A DNA stretch of 51,915 bases from positions 20,460,001 to 20,511,915 of the forward strand of contig NC_059440.1 in NCBI RefSeq assembly GCF_021028975.2, read 5' to 3'. Positions within the stretch are counted from its first letter, which is position 1; each line of letters begins with the position of its first letter. Made by a program: the position numbers and the translations under genes. This DNA comes from Sphaerodactylus townsendi. Its lineage: Eukaryota. Below the pieces are notes generated by a model. It had not been told where the DNA came from and did not search any database. It was given only the letters and a program-made list of their open reading frames with translations. Shown here one piece after another: positions 12,353 through 24,405 of this stretch.

Positions 12353-12852
12353 CCTTGAAGGTTGGCAACCCTAAAAGACAGCAATTCATCTCTCTCTTTC
12401 ACACACACACCCCCTACAGAGACTGACAGAACAGGGGATGCCAGTGGGCAGAGTGGGGATCTTTGCACTCAGAATCCCCTAGAATATTGTAGCATCTTCA
12501 GGAAACTGGTTTGGGTGGGACACACATACACGCAGAGCAGGATTGTTGTTTCAGCATAAACTTTCTCCCCCTTCCAATAATCTACAAGAAGCAGTTATAA
12601 AACGGGAGTAACGGGAGTTGGGAGTAAGAAAGCAAGCTGCTACACCTTTGTGAGCACTTATATAGGAAGCCTTGCTTTCCACTCTGTGGTTTCTCCTTGC
12701 CATAAGAGAGGAACACCTTGATCTGTTAGCCGCTTTGCCTTAAGGAGGTCCAAGGGCCCCTAGGTTGCAAATATGTCAAAGCCCCAATACCCGTGACCCA
12801 GGTAAGACACCCACAGACAACCTTAGACGAGCCTTTTTTGACAAACAAAACA

Positions 12853-12858
12853 TTTATT
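12853..12858 (-). terminator. Likely PHF13 polyadenylation signal (3'UTR about 1.7 kb)
   Basis: AATAAA on the minus strand, followed by a U/GU-rich tract. Confidence 0.65.
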
Positions 12859-14569
12859 AAAAAAAATTAAAGCTCCAAAACTGAAATCATACATGGATAT
12901 ACTCAGACATGCAGATGTGTCTTCTGTTGAAAAGTCCAATAATTTGGGGTTATCAGACACACCCAGTGTGAAGATACAGACAACACCAAGAACTGAAATG
13001 AAATCCTAAATTGGAAATCCTAGCTCGAAAACCCTGAAGTCAACCCAAAGGTCTTGTTTCACACCTGCAAATTAGAGGAAAGAATCCCACTGCGATTGTG
13101 CAGAAGCAAAAACCTGAGACAGGGGTGGCCCAGGCTACCTGTCATGCTTCTTTTCAATGGGAAAGTGTCCCGGAGGCTTTTGCTACAGGGAAAACCATAT
13201 TTGCCGAATGGTTTTGCCTGAAAGAACAAGCTGGGTTTGACTTTCTCAATCTTGGCAGGTCGAGATCTCCTCCACGATATTTTCCATGTGGGTGGAGTCT
13301 CGAGGTCAAGGCAGATGAACCTGACCAAAGTGGCCTTACCTAGCCTATAGGTAAAGGATGATGTAGGTGTGGAGGGAATTCTCTGCAAACATCTGTTTAG
13401 TACCCCTTCGCTTGAGTCTATGGGCACCACAGAACTCAAGATTCTTCATGCAATCCTGCATGAATTCTCCACAGGAAATAGCCACAAGGCTGGCTATTTA
13501 CACTCGAGCAGAGACAAGAAGAGGGCCGCTTGGTTACGGTCTATGGAGCAGCTCAACTATGTATTTCCCCCATAAAAGCTCTCCCCTCACCTCTCTGTCT
13601 CATTGGACAGAGCGTCTGGTCTTCTCAGTGTGCACAGAGTCCTGTGTTGCTGAGATACCCCCCTGTTTTCCCACTCTGAGAGAAGCGTCTTCATCCTCGT
13701 CATCTGTTCCCTTTCGCGGCTCCTTGGCTAGAATCCCCAGGGCCTACGGCTTCCAAACTCCTCTGATAATAGAAGGGGCCAGCCCTGACCTTTCGTAGCA
13801 CATAAAGAGATCTCTAACCTGCGGCTGTCTTTTGCTCCCTCCTACATATGTCTACACCCAGTCGCTCAAACAAACAAACCCAAATGCACACCTGGTCTGC
13901 TTCTCTGAGCACCTGGGGAGAAGGGACAGCCAATCTGAAGCCACATTTGGCCAGTCTTCTAGAGTTAGCAAAAGCCACGTCGGAAAAAAGGTCAGGCAGG
14001 ACGACGAACCTTCATTTGCAGCCTCACCCACCGATGGCTTCTTCCATCCAATGCCCAGCTTGCAAACACTGCTTTTAGAACTGCCAGGTTTCAAATAAGG
14101 GGTAGCATCCCCAGCTATAGACCAACCACTGGATGGGGCAGGTTACCCCCCTAGTGTGTCCTTTAACTGGACAGACCTGGACGTCCCTGGGACAGAGACG
14201 GACAGCTGCGGCCTCTTTCAATGCCCAAGACACTTTGCTCCCAACCCCATCTCTAGCATTTCAATGTGCCGCTCCTCAGCACCCATGGTACATTTTCATG
14301 CTGGGGTCAGAGGGTAAGCAGCGGAGAGGAATAGACACATACAAAAAGCTGCTAACCCTTTGCTGTTGTCCACCCAGTCCTGATTTCGGGCTTCGGAATT
14401 AGTCTCTTTCCCAACAGTGGGCCTTGAAAGGACCCCAGGGTACCATGATGCCCAGCAACCTCACAGCATAGAGGGAACCCATCGCTTGTATAGCTGCTCC
14501 TTCCCTGCCAGCAGGAGTCTTGAGTTCTGCAGGGTGAGTTAATTTGCATATCAGGGGACGGTCCGCCCG

Positions 14570-17500
14570 CTAGTCCAGGAAATGTCGGCGCGAGCCCATC
14601 CGGGAGCGGTTGGAGCGTCGGATGTCGAACTTGGAATCCCGGCACTTCTGGCAGACGTAGACCTCGGGGACGTTGGACTTGCGGATTTTGGCGCAGCTGA
14701 GGTGGATCCAGGTGTGGCACTCGTTGCATTCGATCATGGGCCGTCCGGCAAAGGGCTTCATGCAGAAGCAAGTCACGAGGTCCCAGGAATCGTCATCTGA
14801 TGGGAAGACAGTTCAGGGGTTTTGACATTTATTTGCATAAAGCATTTATCTCCTATCGTTCCCAGAAGAAGCTTGAGGCTGCTCTCAAACCAGTACGCCA
14901 AGCAGCTAAAATAATTGAGCCAATACAACTTTAAAGCCCACCAAGAGAAAACGTTCAAAGATCCAGACAGGACAGGTTCGACAGAACCAGGTAAGCATTG
15001 AGTGCACATTTCAAATCCAACTGCACAACTGTTCGCTGTGAGAAGACAGCCATCTATTTGGAGCAACCCCCAGAAAGTACCAGATAACGTCCCCCACAGT
15101 TTGCTCTTAGTAGCAGAAATGAGTATTAAGGAGATCCATAGAAGATCCTATCAAGTAGCTTCTGTTTTAGACAGAATTAAATACATCATGGTGGTAAAAT
15201 AAAATAAAAAAGAGAAGCAGTGGCGTAGGAGGTTAAGAGCTCGTGTATCTAATCTGGAGGAAGTGGGTTTGATTCCCAGCTCCGCCGCCTGAGCTGTGGA
15301 GGCTTATCTGGGGAATTCAGATTAGCCTGTACACTCCCACACACGCCAGCTGGGTGACCTTGGGCTAGTCACAGCTTCTTGGAGCTCTCTCAGCCCCACC
15401 TACCTCACAGGGTGTTTGTTGTGAGGGGGAAGGGCAAGGAGATTGTAAGCCCCTTTGAGACTCCTGCAGGAGAGAAAGGGGGGATATAAATCCAAACTCT
15501 TCTTCTTCTTCTAAAAAGTACCGGCAGGTCACAGCCGATTTACGATGATCTGTAGGGCTTTCAAGGCAACGGAGGTAGTTTGCCATTGCCTGCCTCTGCA
15601 TCACAACGCTGAGCTTCCTTGGTGGTTTCCCATCCAAGTATGAACCAGAGCTGGCTCTGCTTAGCTTTGGAGATCTGAGAACATTGGGCTATCCTGGGCT
15701 GCCTAGATCAGGGCAATGCATCATGAGACCACCAAAATGTGAAATATGAAATGTATTAGAGATGTGAATGCCATAGGGAAAAACCCCAGGAAAATTCAGA
15801 AAGGGGTGAGAAATGTTTTTCAAGGCACAGTTTTAACTCATTCAGAATGGCTGGCATGAATATTCTAATGTAAGACAATCTGCAACCCATGATTATAATT
15901 GTGTGCATGCTGCTGTCATATTCAACGTATTATCCAGGATATGTTTATATATGAATAATTTGGCAACAATTAATAGCTAAAGTATATTTAATATTACATT
16001 AAGGAGGTTAGTGTTTGAAGTTTTATAAACTTTAATTTGGTGTCCAAATTGCTGGTTCTGTCCTAATAAAACTCTTCTATTTATTTTCTACAGACTCTGT
16101 GTTCTAATTCCTACATTTTCTCTGTCTCTCGGGCAGCAAAATTTTACAATGCATGTGCCAAACTAGCATAGAGTGCTGCGTGCGCAGCTCCCTTGAGTAC
16201 AGAGCCTATTTACAAGCCTAGCCTACCTCACAGGGTTATAAAGAACAACGTGGGAGCATGAAATAAGTAAATGAGCAAATTTTGCTTGCAGAAAAGAAAT
16301 GTACACTCTTGAATTCTATAGAAATGGCTAACAATATAACGTTAAATACTAAATTATAAATGATGCAACAAAAATTTAGGTTTGATCTTTCAGTGTTTTT
16401 GCAGACTTCCATTTAAAGAAAAAAACATTTCTGCCCTGTAGAACATTTGTTCACATTTTATATCTATCAGAAACCACGAGTTCAATTGTCTTTATTATTT
16501 GTACCCTCCCTTTCTCTCCAAAGCAGCTGGTATTATTCTCCTCTTCTCCATTTTATTCTCACAGCAATCCTGTGAGGTAGGTCTGCCGTGAGTGTGTCAC
16601 TGGTCCAAGTTCACACCACAAACTTCCACAGCACGAGTGGGGCTTTGAACCCTGGTCTCCCAGATCTTAGTCCGACACTCAACACCACACCACGCTGGCT
16701 CTCCATTCTAGCCAGGCACGAGACTAGACTTCGTCATTCTGTCTAATCTCCCTTACGGGATCACTGTGAGAATAGCATAAGGAATGGAGGACCCCTTAGC
16801 TCTTTACAGGAAAGATAAGATTAAAACATGCAATCAATAGCCTGCCCAGTCCTCTGTGCTTTTCACCTGTAGCGGAGGAACTGTTCCTTAAAGATCCCTC
16901 CTCCCAGCCCTTGGTTAACCATTAAGGAAAATTAGCATATGTTTAGGGCTTCAACGAAAGCGGGGGTGGGGTGTGCTTTGTGTCAGTTAACATGCTATGC
17001 ATTTTCAAGGCAAGAAAGAAGGTAACAATAGGTGTTTTGTTTCATACAAATAATGATATTTACACTCTGCTATTGTTTTTATTTCAAATTGCCTGTACAA
17101 TATAGGGGGGGATCATAATCTTTTCAGTGCTTAGGGCCTCTGGCTTTGCCTCCTCCCAATTTATAAGGTGTCCTCAGCTAGTGGGAGAATGAGATGCCAG
17201 TGGATTGAAATCCTTTTCGGGATTATGACCAGCAAGAGGCTTAACTGAACCAGAGCTCAGCCCCAGGATCTATTTTGCAGTAGCAGGATTCGGTTCTCCA
17301 ACGCCTGGAGTTATCCTCCCAATGCATGCAAGCAGCCACCTTGCATCATCACAAGCTAGTCACAGATTCCCACAGCGGAGGACCACACAGACGCGGGACT
17401 GACACTCTGTAGAGGGAAGCCCTGGCTGCTGCCCCAGGCTATGCCCTCCCTCCCTCCCTCTCTCTCCCGGGCCACCTACCGGAATCCACCATGATGTCTT

Positions 17501-18919
17501 CGTCATCGCCGCTGCCATCTTCGTCACGGAACACCACCTGCTTCCCCTGCCGGATGATGGTGCGCTTGCCCACCGTCTGGATCAGGCCCTGCTCCTCCTT
17601 GAGGACCACCGGTGGGTACGAGGAGGCGTTGGAGGGGGTGTCGGAGTCCCAAGCTGAGCAGCGATCTGGATCCGTAGAGGATTGAGCCTCACCTTCCGAG
17701 GAGGGGCTTGCGGGCGTCCTCCCCGCGTAGAGCCCCTCCTCCTCCTCCTCCTCCTCCTCCTCTTTCGGCCGCTTCGCCTGGTGGCGGTACTCCTCCTCGG
17801 GGGCTGCCTGCCCTTCCCTCCTCCCCATCTTCCTCTTCCTCCTCATCTTCTCCGACTTCTTCCTCTCCAGCAGGAACCCGCCGGACCCATCCCAGGGGTA
17901 GAGGGCAGAGTAAGGGTTGCCCCGCTTGAGCGGCCCCAGGGAGATGGCGGAGGGGGCATCCCCGTAGTGGGGCTCCCCGCTGTCGCTGTCAATGGTGCCG
18001 CCGGTGCTGTTGGGGGGGCTGCTGGGGCTGCTACGCACGGAGTCCTGCAGAGGAGGGGGAGGGACCGGAGAAGTCCAGATGTGAGCAGAACCGGGAGCAG
18101 GCGCCGGCATGCCTCCCATGCCCCCCAGCCTTTTACAATCCCTCCCCCCACCAGTTTCCTTTCCCCAAATCGTGCTCCGGCTCCTCCCCCAACTGCTATT
18201 TTCCCCCCTTAACAAAAGAGCAAATTTAAGCATGCAAATACCCCCTCCCCCCAAAATAATTGCTCGATGAGCCTCAGGAAACACCGCCCCCCCCCCCTTT
18301 CCACCGCTTCTACCATCGCAGAGCCGCTCCTCCCCGCCCACCTTCGCCCGGCAGGAGCCATTAGCCCAGGCAGCTCCGCTCGCTGCTGCCACCCCGACTC
18401 CTGCCCCCGGAGAGGGGGGGGGGGCTCACCTCTTGGGGGTAGGGGATGTAGCCCGCGTAGGCCAGGACGAAGGTGCAGAAGTTGTTGAAGTCTTCCACGG
18501 TGCGGCACCTCCGGGAGCTGGGGGGGAAATCCTGCGAAGAGAGACGTGGGGGGGGGGGGGGAGTTAGCAAAGGGCGCGCCCCCTCTTATGCGGTTACGGG
18601 GGGTGTCTTTCCATGTCCTCGGGGGGGGGGGAGAGGCTGGGGGTTCCTTGAGAAGAAAAGCCCCTTGCAATTGGGGGGGGGGGGCGAGGGAGAGAAAGGT
18701 AGATCCCCGTTCTTTTGGGGGGAAGGGGGCTCTGAAATGGTTTCTCCTCTCCCCCCGGCGGGATGGGGATGGGGGCGCGATCACCCCCTCCCACGAAAAA
18801 GGCTCTTTGAACTCCGAGGAAAGCCCCCGGCGCCCCCAGCCTCGCTGCCAAGCCCGGACCTCGCATCCAGGGGGGCTCACCTGAGTGGGGGGAGGGGATG
18901 CGCAGGAGTCCGAGTCCAT
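14570..18919 (-). CDS. PHF13: PHD finger protein 13 (SPOC1), complete, 310 aa. Exons (minus) 18919-18881, 18531-18430, 18044-17480, 14796-14570
   Basis: MDSDSC... start, [24 protein letters not shown]-terminal motif, basic NLS, and C-terminal PHD finger [49 protein letters not shown] junctions; 39+102+565+227=933 nt. Confidence 0.97.
15216..15511 (+). mobile_element. tRNA-derived SINE (Squam3-like), full length, variant head
   Basis: TGGCGTAGGAGG A-box variant, shared body, (CTT)n tail. Confidence 0.88.
15520..15714 (-). mobile_element. 5S rRNA-headed SINE (5S-Sauria-like)
   Basis: GGTTTCCCATCCAAGTA...CTGCTTAGCTTTGGAGATC is the reverse complement of the 5S internal promoter region. It is joined to a Sauria-SINE-like 3' part. 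Confidence 0.7.
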
Positions 18920-19240
18920 GGTGGGGTCCAGCGGCGGAGACACCTCCCGACACCGGCACGGGGGGAGGGGAAGGGAGTGGCGGGAGAGGGAGCCCCGCCC
19001 CGCCGGAGGGAGGAGGGAGGTAAGGGGCGGGGTTCGCTCTTGGGACGGAGGAGGGGAGGTGGAGGAGGAGACTCGGCCGTCGAGCATGCCGGGAGTTGTA
19101 GTCTTCACGCCCCGGAGAAGGAAACGTGCGGTGCATGCCGGTAGGCGCCGCCAAAGCCTACCTTGCCACCTGCCGTGCCCGCGCGGGGCATGCCGGTAGC
19201 CTATAATGGCGGTCTGTGCGCTCGCTTAGCCCTGGCACGG
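18920..19240 (-). promoter_or_regulatory. PHF13 CpG-island promoter/5'UTR with ZNF143/THAP11 (SBS) motif
   Basis: GCATGCCGGGAGTTGTAGTC at 19084-19103 (reverse complement GACTACAACTCCCGGCATGC), GC box GGGGCGGGG near 19024, and dense CpG. Confidence 0.75.
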
Positions 19241-19527
19241 AGGGGAGCTTGGAAGAGTCTCGCAGGGGAGGTCGAGGGAGATTTATTCTTCTTTCTTTCG
19301 TGCAAAATGCGTGCGCATTCGTCCATTGGGTGCCCTTCTTGTGCTTCCATGCAAGGCTTCCCCCCTACCACGTTGGAGTTCTCACCTGCTGCCCACCAGT
19401 GCACCCATTTCCCAGCCCGGCAGACTGAGGTCGGAGCCACTTGGGACGGTAGGCGCTGTTCGGGCCCTGACCAAGCCAAAAGCCTGCTGCAACGCTTTCA
19501 TAGAAGAAGCATTTTGCATTTGCACGT

Positions 19528-19705
19528 CTTTTTTCTCTCCTGCAAGGAGACTCAAAGGGGCTTACACGCTCCTTTCCCTTCCTCTCCCCACAATGGACAC
19601 CTTGTGAGGTAGGTGGGGCTGAGAGAGTTCCCAAGACCTGTGACTAACCCAAGTCCAACCAGCAAGAATGTAGGAGTGTGGAAACACATCTGGTTCACCA
19701 GATAA
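19528..19705 (-). mobile_element. tRNA-derived SINE fragment
   Basis: Reverse-complement body of the same family. Confidence 0.75.
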
Positions 19706-20763
19706 GTAGCATAATCTTGGCACAATGACTTAACAGCATTTGCTGCCACCACATACTTCTCCCTTCCCTGATTAGAAGTTTCTGCCTTTTGCAGGGTCCG
19801 TTTCCTGGTAAGGAGTGAGTAATGGAGGCAGGTGGGGCTTTTTATTAGGTCTATTGGTTTACACAATTCCAAGTTTAGCAAGGGGGAGCTGGTACTCCCG
19901 TGGACAACACAGCTCGTTCTCCTAACAACAAAACAGGAAGGCTGAATGGAGCATAAACCAAGACAGAAGGTAATCTTGGTAAAAGTACCACTTTAAGGAA
20001 GAATAGGATCCTGTTTGTAGCTGCTAGGCTTGCTGGGTCAGAACTTAATCTCAAGGTGGGACCTTGTGTTCTTTTGGAACTACAAAACAGGCTCCAGACC
20101 GTAGTTATCAGTTCACTTAGAAGAAAAGGATGACAGAAGCTTCAGCATTGCGCCCCCGCCACGTTCCCTCCCTGAACACTACCCTCCCCAGACACTGCCC
20201 CAAATCTTCAGGGATTTCTCTAGATACAGTTTGATGGGAGTCATCAGGATGGGGTGTGGAAGAGCATGTGATCTGCACGGAGAAGGACCCCAGTTGAGTG
20301 CTTGAGTCTTTGGTTAAAGGAGCTTGTCTTCAGAGGAAGTTTTCTCTGCTAAAAATGTTTACATTTAGCAGCTGTCTGGAACAGAGTGAAGAGAGACCGA
20401 TGTATTTCATTGATACTTTATGTTTCTTCCAAATGTGGCTTGCAACGTTATTACCTCCTCTCACTTTGTCCTCACAATAACACTGCAAGGTAGATTAGGC
20501 TGAGAATGTGTGACTAGCCTAAGGATATCCTGCGAGCTTCCATGGCAGAGCATGGATTCAAACTTGGATCTCCCGCATTCTAGTCCAGCACTACAACTAT
20601 CACATCATGCTTGCTGTTTTGGTCATACAGACTGACATGCTACAGGGTAGTTTGATATGTTCAGTGCAAGGAATTCCAGGATTGCAGGGTTACATGTGTG
20701 TCTATTTACATCTTTTATCTTCAGTGGAAATCCAAAACATGGTTCTTCCTGCCTCTTCATTGA

Positions 20764-21048
20764 GAACCAGTGTGATGTATTGCTTAAGAGCAGGTGGATT
20801 CTAATCTGGAGAACCGGGTTTGATTCCCCACTCCTCCACCTGAGTGGCAGAGGCTTTTGGTGAACTAGATATGTTTCCATACTCCTACGTTCCTGATGAC
20901 CTTGGGCTAGTCACAGTTCTTCAGAACTCTCTCAGCCCCACTTACCTCACAAGGTGCATGTTGTGGGGTGAGGAAAGGAGCTTGTAAGCCACCTTGAGTC
21001 TCCTTACAGGAGAGAAAAGTGGGATATAAATCCAAAATCATCATCTTC
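20764..21048 (+). mobile_element. tRNA-derived SINE (Squam3-like), full length
   Basis: Head, B-box GGTTTGATTCC, body and tail present. Confidence 0.85.
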
Positions 21049-21901
21049 TATTTTACTCTCCCAACAGCCCTGTGAGGTGGGTTAGACTGAGAGTATGTTG
21101 CTTGCCCAGAATCACCCACCATTCTTCTACTGTCAAGTGGTGATTTGAATCTGGGTCCCTCAGATCTTAGTCTGTAACCACCATCCCCTAAAGTTCAGGG
21201 CCATGCTTAGTGTACATTAAAACTCAAGTGTGCCCTGGTATCTTAAGGTGCCTGCAGTATCCTATAGAAAAGGCACCATGTTCCCAAAACAGATATCCAT
21301 GCTTGACTTCCAGAGTCTTATTTACTATTGAACTAATTATACTTCTCAGTGTCTTGTTTAGAATGAGGTCAGAATATTAAGAGAAGTTGTCTTAAATTGA
21401 GATGTGCTTTTCTTCCTGTGCTTTGAGTCCTATTGTTATTTGAATACTTTATATAATAGGTGACTGTTGTTGTAATTGCACTGTGACACTTTTATTATAA
21501 ATTTCATAAATATTTGATTGATTGTCTTTTTGTCTGCAGCAGGGAGTGAATTGCATTTGTATGTCATCCGTTTACAATACTCTGCTAAACTAGTCCAGAG
21601 AACTATGGCAAATGTTACGTATGATAAGCATTAGATAGGTTACTTGTTCCATGCCCCACATTTGGTGAGATACACTACTAATATTATGTTACAGCCTTGA
21701 TCTAACCCAGCACCTTCTCCCTGCCCCAATAGGTCTCTTTCTACAGTGGTTCATTAAGTGCAGCTACAAATTCAGCAGACTCACTGCCTCCTTAGCACCT
21801 TAACTGGGTAGCCAAGTAGGTAAGGTATAATCTTTCACTGGTGAAGTGTTCCCTATTAGGGGGCAAACCGAAAAAAAGTCATGGGCACAGAGTGACTCTG
21901 T

Positions 21902-22430
21902 GGCCTTTTCCACACAAATCACCTAAAACGTTTCTAAAATATTTTCAATCCCCCCCCCCTTTACCATGCTGTATGTCCGCACTCATTCCCTCGAAAGGAT
22001 TCATAGCCACTATTACGTGATTTCCTCCTTTTTTTAAGCTAGGTGTTGAATTGGTGCTTCACAGCCTCCTGTGATTGTCTGCACCTCGTAAACTAATGCA
22101 AAATATTAGCGCCCCCCCCCCCCAATAAAAAACACAAACAGCAGTGGTGCAAATAAGCAGGCAAAGGGGAATGGAATGAGCTCCAAAAATGTCATGGAGC
22201 AAGTCCAGGGAAGGTACAGAGACTTGGGAAATGTCTTAATGAGATTGCACAGGCAACTGGAGATGTTTTCAAAATGTTTCAACCAACGAAGCGTTTTAAA
22301 AGGACATTCATTTTAAACGTTTTGGGGTTGCAAATAAAACATTTGCGTGTCAAACCAATGTGGGATTCCATGGAGGAAACCTTTTATTTCCTGCTGTAGA
22401 ACATTTTAAAAGGTTTGTGTGGAAAGAGCC
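21902..22430. mobile_element. ~530-bp MITE, PIF/Harbinger-like
   Basis: Terminal inverted repeats GGCCTTTTCCACACAAA / TTTGTGTGGAAAGAGCC. Confidence 0.55.
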
Positions 22431-23584
22431 CATGAGAAGGGACGATTCCAGAAAATGTTCTGTGTTGGGGCTAAACGACATTGATATCCGTCTGCTGCTG
22501 GTGAGGAATGAAACCGTCTTATAATGAATCAGACTATTGGTTGATCAAGGTTAGTACTGGCAGTGGCTTTCCTGGACAAGAGATATCCAAGCTGTCACAA
22601 AAAGATACCTGTTTTGTTCTTAAATGCTAACAGCAAAGCAAGCCAGATTTTTAATACTGGAATTGAAGGGAGTTCCTACTCTACCATGAGACAAACTGAG
22701 GCTGCACAACCATTCAATGTGCAGGGTTTTTTTGTGTTTTTTACAGAACAGGATAGTTATCTTCATTGTGATTTGTTTGGGCCACAGATGTTTCCAAATC
22801 CCAAACAGCCTGAACCCCTGCAAATCCTCATAGGGCAAAGATGGTCCAGTGATATGCGTGGGGCTTGTTGATGTCATGGGCCAACACCTGGTGATGTCAT
22901 ACATCCACAGCGCACCTTGCTTGGTTCCAATAAAACTTTATTCTGACCTATGTCGCCGTTTTGACTCGTGCACCCCCGAAGTAGATCTTGCTTTCGCTCT
23001 TGCCGTTTCCAAAGTAGCTGAGAATGGGATTTCTTGAGCAGACAACCGTTCATCGTAGCGCAGATTGTGGACAGAAAACCAGCATGGGGGATGCATCCCT
23101 GAAAAGAGCAGTTGAGTAAGTCTGCCTTCCCTTGTTCCGTGTGGGGCCTCGTGTGTTGGCAGTCTCAAGCAAGCAAACGACTTTGAAACTTCGGAGAGCT
23201 GGAAGCTTTTCCAGCTTGGATGACTTTCCTTGTGCTCCTTACATAAGCAGCTGACATGGTATGTGCTGATCAGCAGTTACAGCCTGGTGGAAAGTAACTC
23301 CCTACCAGGAAGAGGAGGAGGGCTGTGGGGGAGGCTTGTTTTGCAGAACAAACTAGCTGCTCCTCCTGGAAAGCTTTGGCAGAGCGGCTGAGGCAGAAAC
23401 GGGGGATACTGAGGCGGCACCACTGAGCACGCTCTTTGAAAGAGCTTTTAAGGCTTCCAATAACCAGGAGAAACAATGTCCTGTTCCTTTAACAGAGGCT
23501 AAACCTTTGATGTGCAGGGGGAAGGGGGATTTGCTCCCAATACTCTCCACTTTTGAAGGGAGGGCAGAACGCATGGAGAAGGAA

Positions 23585-23770
23585 GGGCTGAGGTTCAGTT
23601 GCACAGCACGAGCCTGGCATGCAGAAGGACCCAGGTTCAATTCCTGGCATTGCCAGTAAAGGGATTCAGCTGAAAGGTGGTGTGAAAGACCCTCTGCCTA
23701 AGACCCCTAGACAGCTGCAGCCAGTCTGAGTAAGCAATATCTGATTTGGTATAAGACAGCTTTGTGTGTT
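23585..23770 (+). mobile_element. Second tRNA-derived SINE family (Squam2-like); inverted relics near 28270-28335 and 37513-37700
   Basis: GCATGCAGAAGGACCCAGGTTCAATTCCTGGCA tRNA-like head with B box and a distinct body ending GTATAAGACAGCTT. Confidence 0.6.
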
Positions 23771-23777
23771 CAATGAA

Positions 23778-24065
23778 GTGGTGTAGTGGTGAAGAGCAGG
23801 TAGATTCTAATCTGGAGAACCAGGTTTGATTCCCCACTCCTCCACCTGAGTGGCAGAGGCTTATCTGGTGAACCAGTTGTGTTTCCACACTCCTACATTC
23901 CTGCGGGGTGACCTTGGGCTAGTCATGGTTCTCTCAGAACTCTCTCAGCCCCATCTACCTCACAAGGTGTCTGCTGTGGGAAGAGGAAGGAAAAGGAGCT
24001 TGTAAGCCACCTGGAGCTTCCTTACAGGAGGGAAAGGTGGGGTATAAATTGAACTCTTCTCCTTC
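23778..24065 (+). mobile_element. tRNA-derived SINE (Squam3-like), just upstream of the KLHL21 CpG island
   Basis: Head, body and tail present. Confidence 0.85.
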
Positions 24066-24184
24066 CTCCCACCGTGTAGGATTGTGCAGCCTCCTTGGGA
24101 AAGCCAAACTGAAGCCCGAAGTTAGGGAAGTGGGAAGCGGCAGGCAGCTCAACTCATAACAGGGTCCTCGTAGAAGAAGTTCTT

Positions 24185-24405
24185 AAGCCGGGCCTAGACG
24201 CCTTGCTTCCGAGGAGACGTGCCTGGTGACTGTCGCCTGGCCGCAGCTGCTGTGCCGCTCGTCTCACTTGGCAGGCGCTCCAAGGGGCCCCGCCGCCTCC
24301 CTCCAGCCAGCCAGCCAGCCGCCCGCCCCCTCCGGAGGGAGGAGCCGGTCAAGGGGCGCCCGGGCGGGCCTTTGTGTGGCTGCGCGGGCGCGTCGGGCGC
24401 AGAGG
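24185..24405 (+). promoter_or_regulatory. KLHL21 CpG-island promoter/5'UTR; the island continues through exon 1 to about 25460
   Basis: Abrupt shift to very high GC/CpG immediately upstream of the ATG at 24406. Confidence 0.7.

Noticed and set aside
13059-14402. Short plausible-looking ORFs (e.g. 13098-13343, 13369-13575, and CFSEHL at about 13900)
   Set aside because: They lie within the predicted PHF13 3'UTR, with no recognisable domain or exon chain.
15600-15700. 5S rRNA-like sequence (also about 32050-32130)
   Set aside because: Too degenerate for a gene and fused to a SINE body; annotated as a SINE, not rRNA.
18209-19199. Several 180-300-aa ORFs over the PHF13 CpG island
   Set aside because: Stop-poor GC-rich sequence; only the short exon segments match PHF13.
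23585-23655. tRNA-like sequences at SINE heads
   Set aside because: No complete cloverleaf; they continue into SINE bodies.
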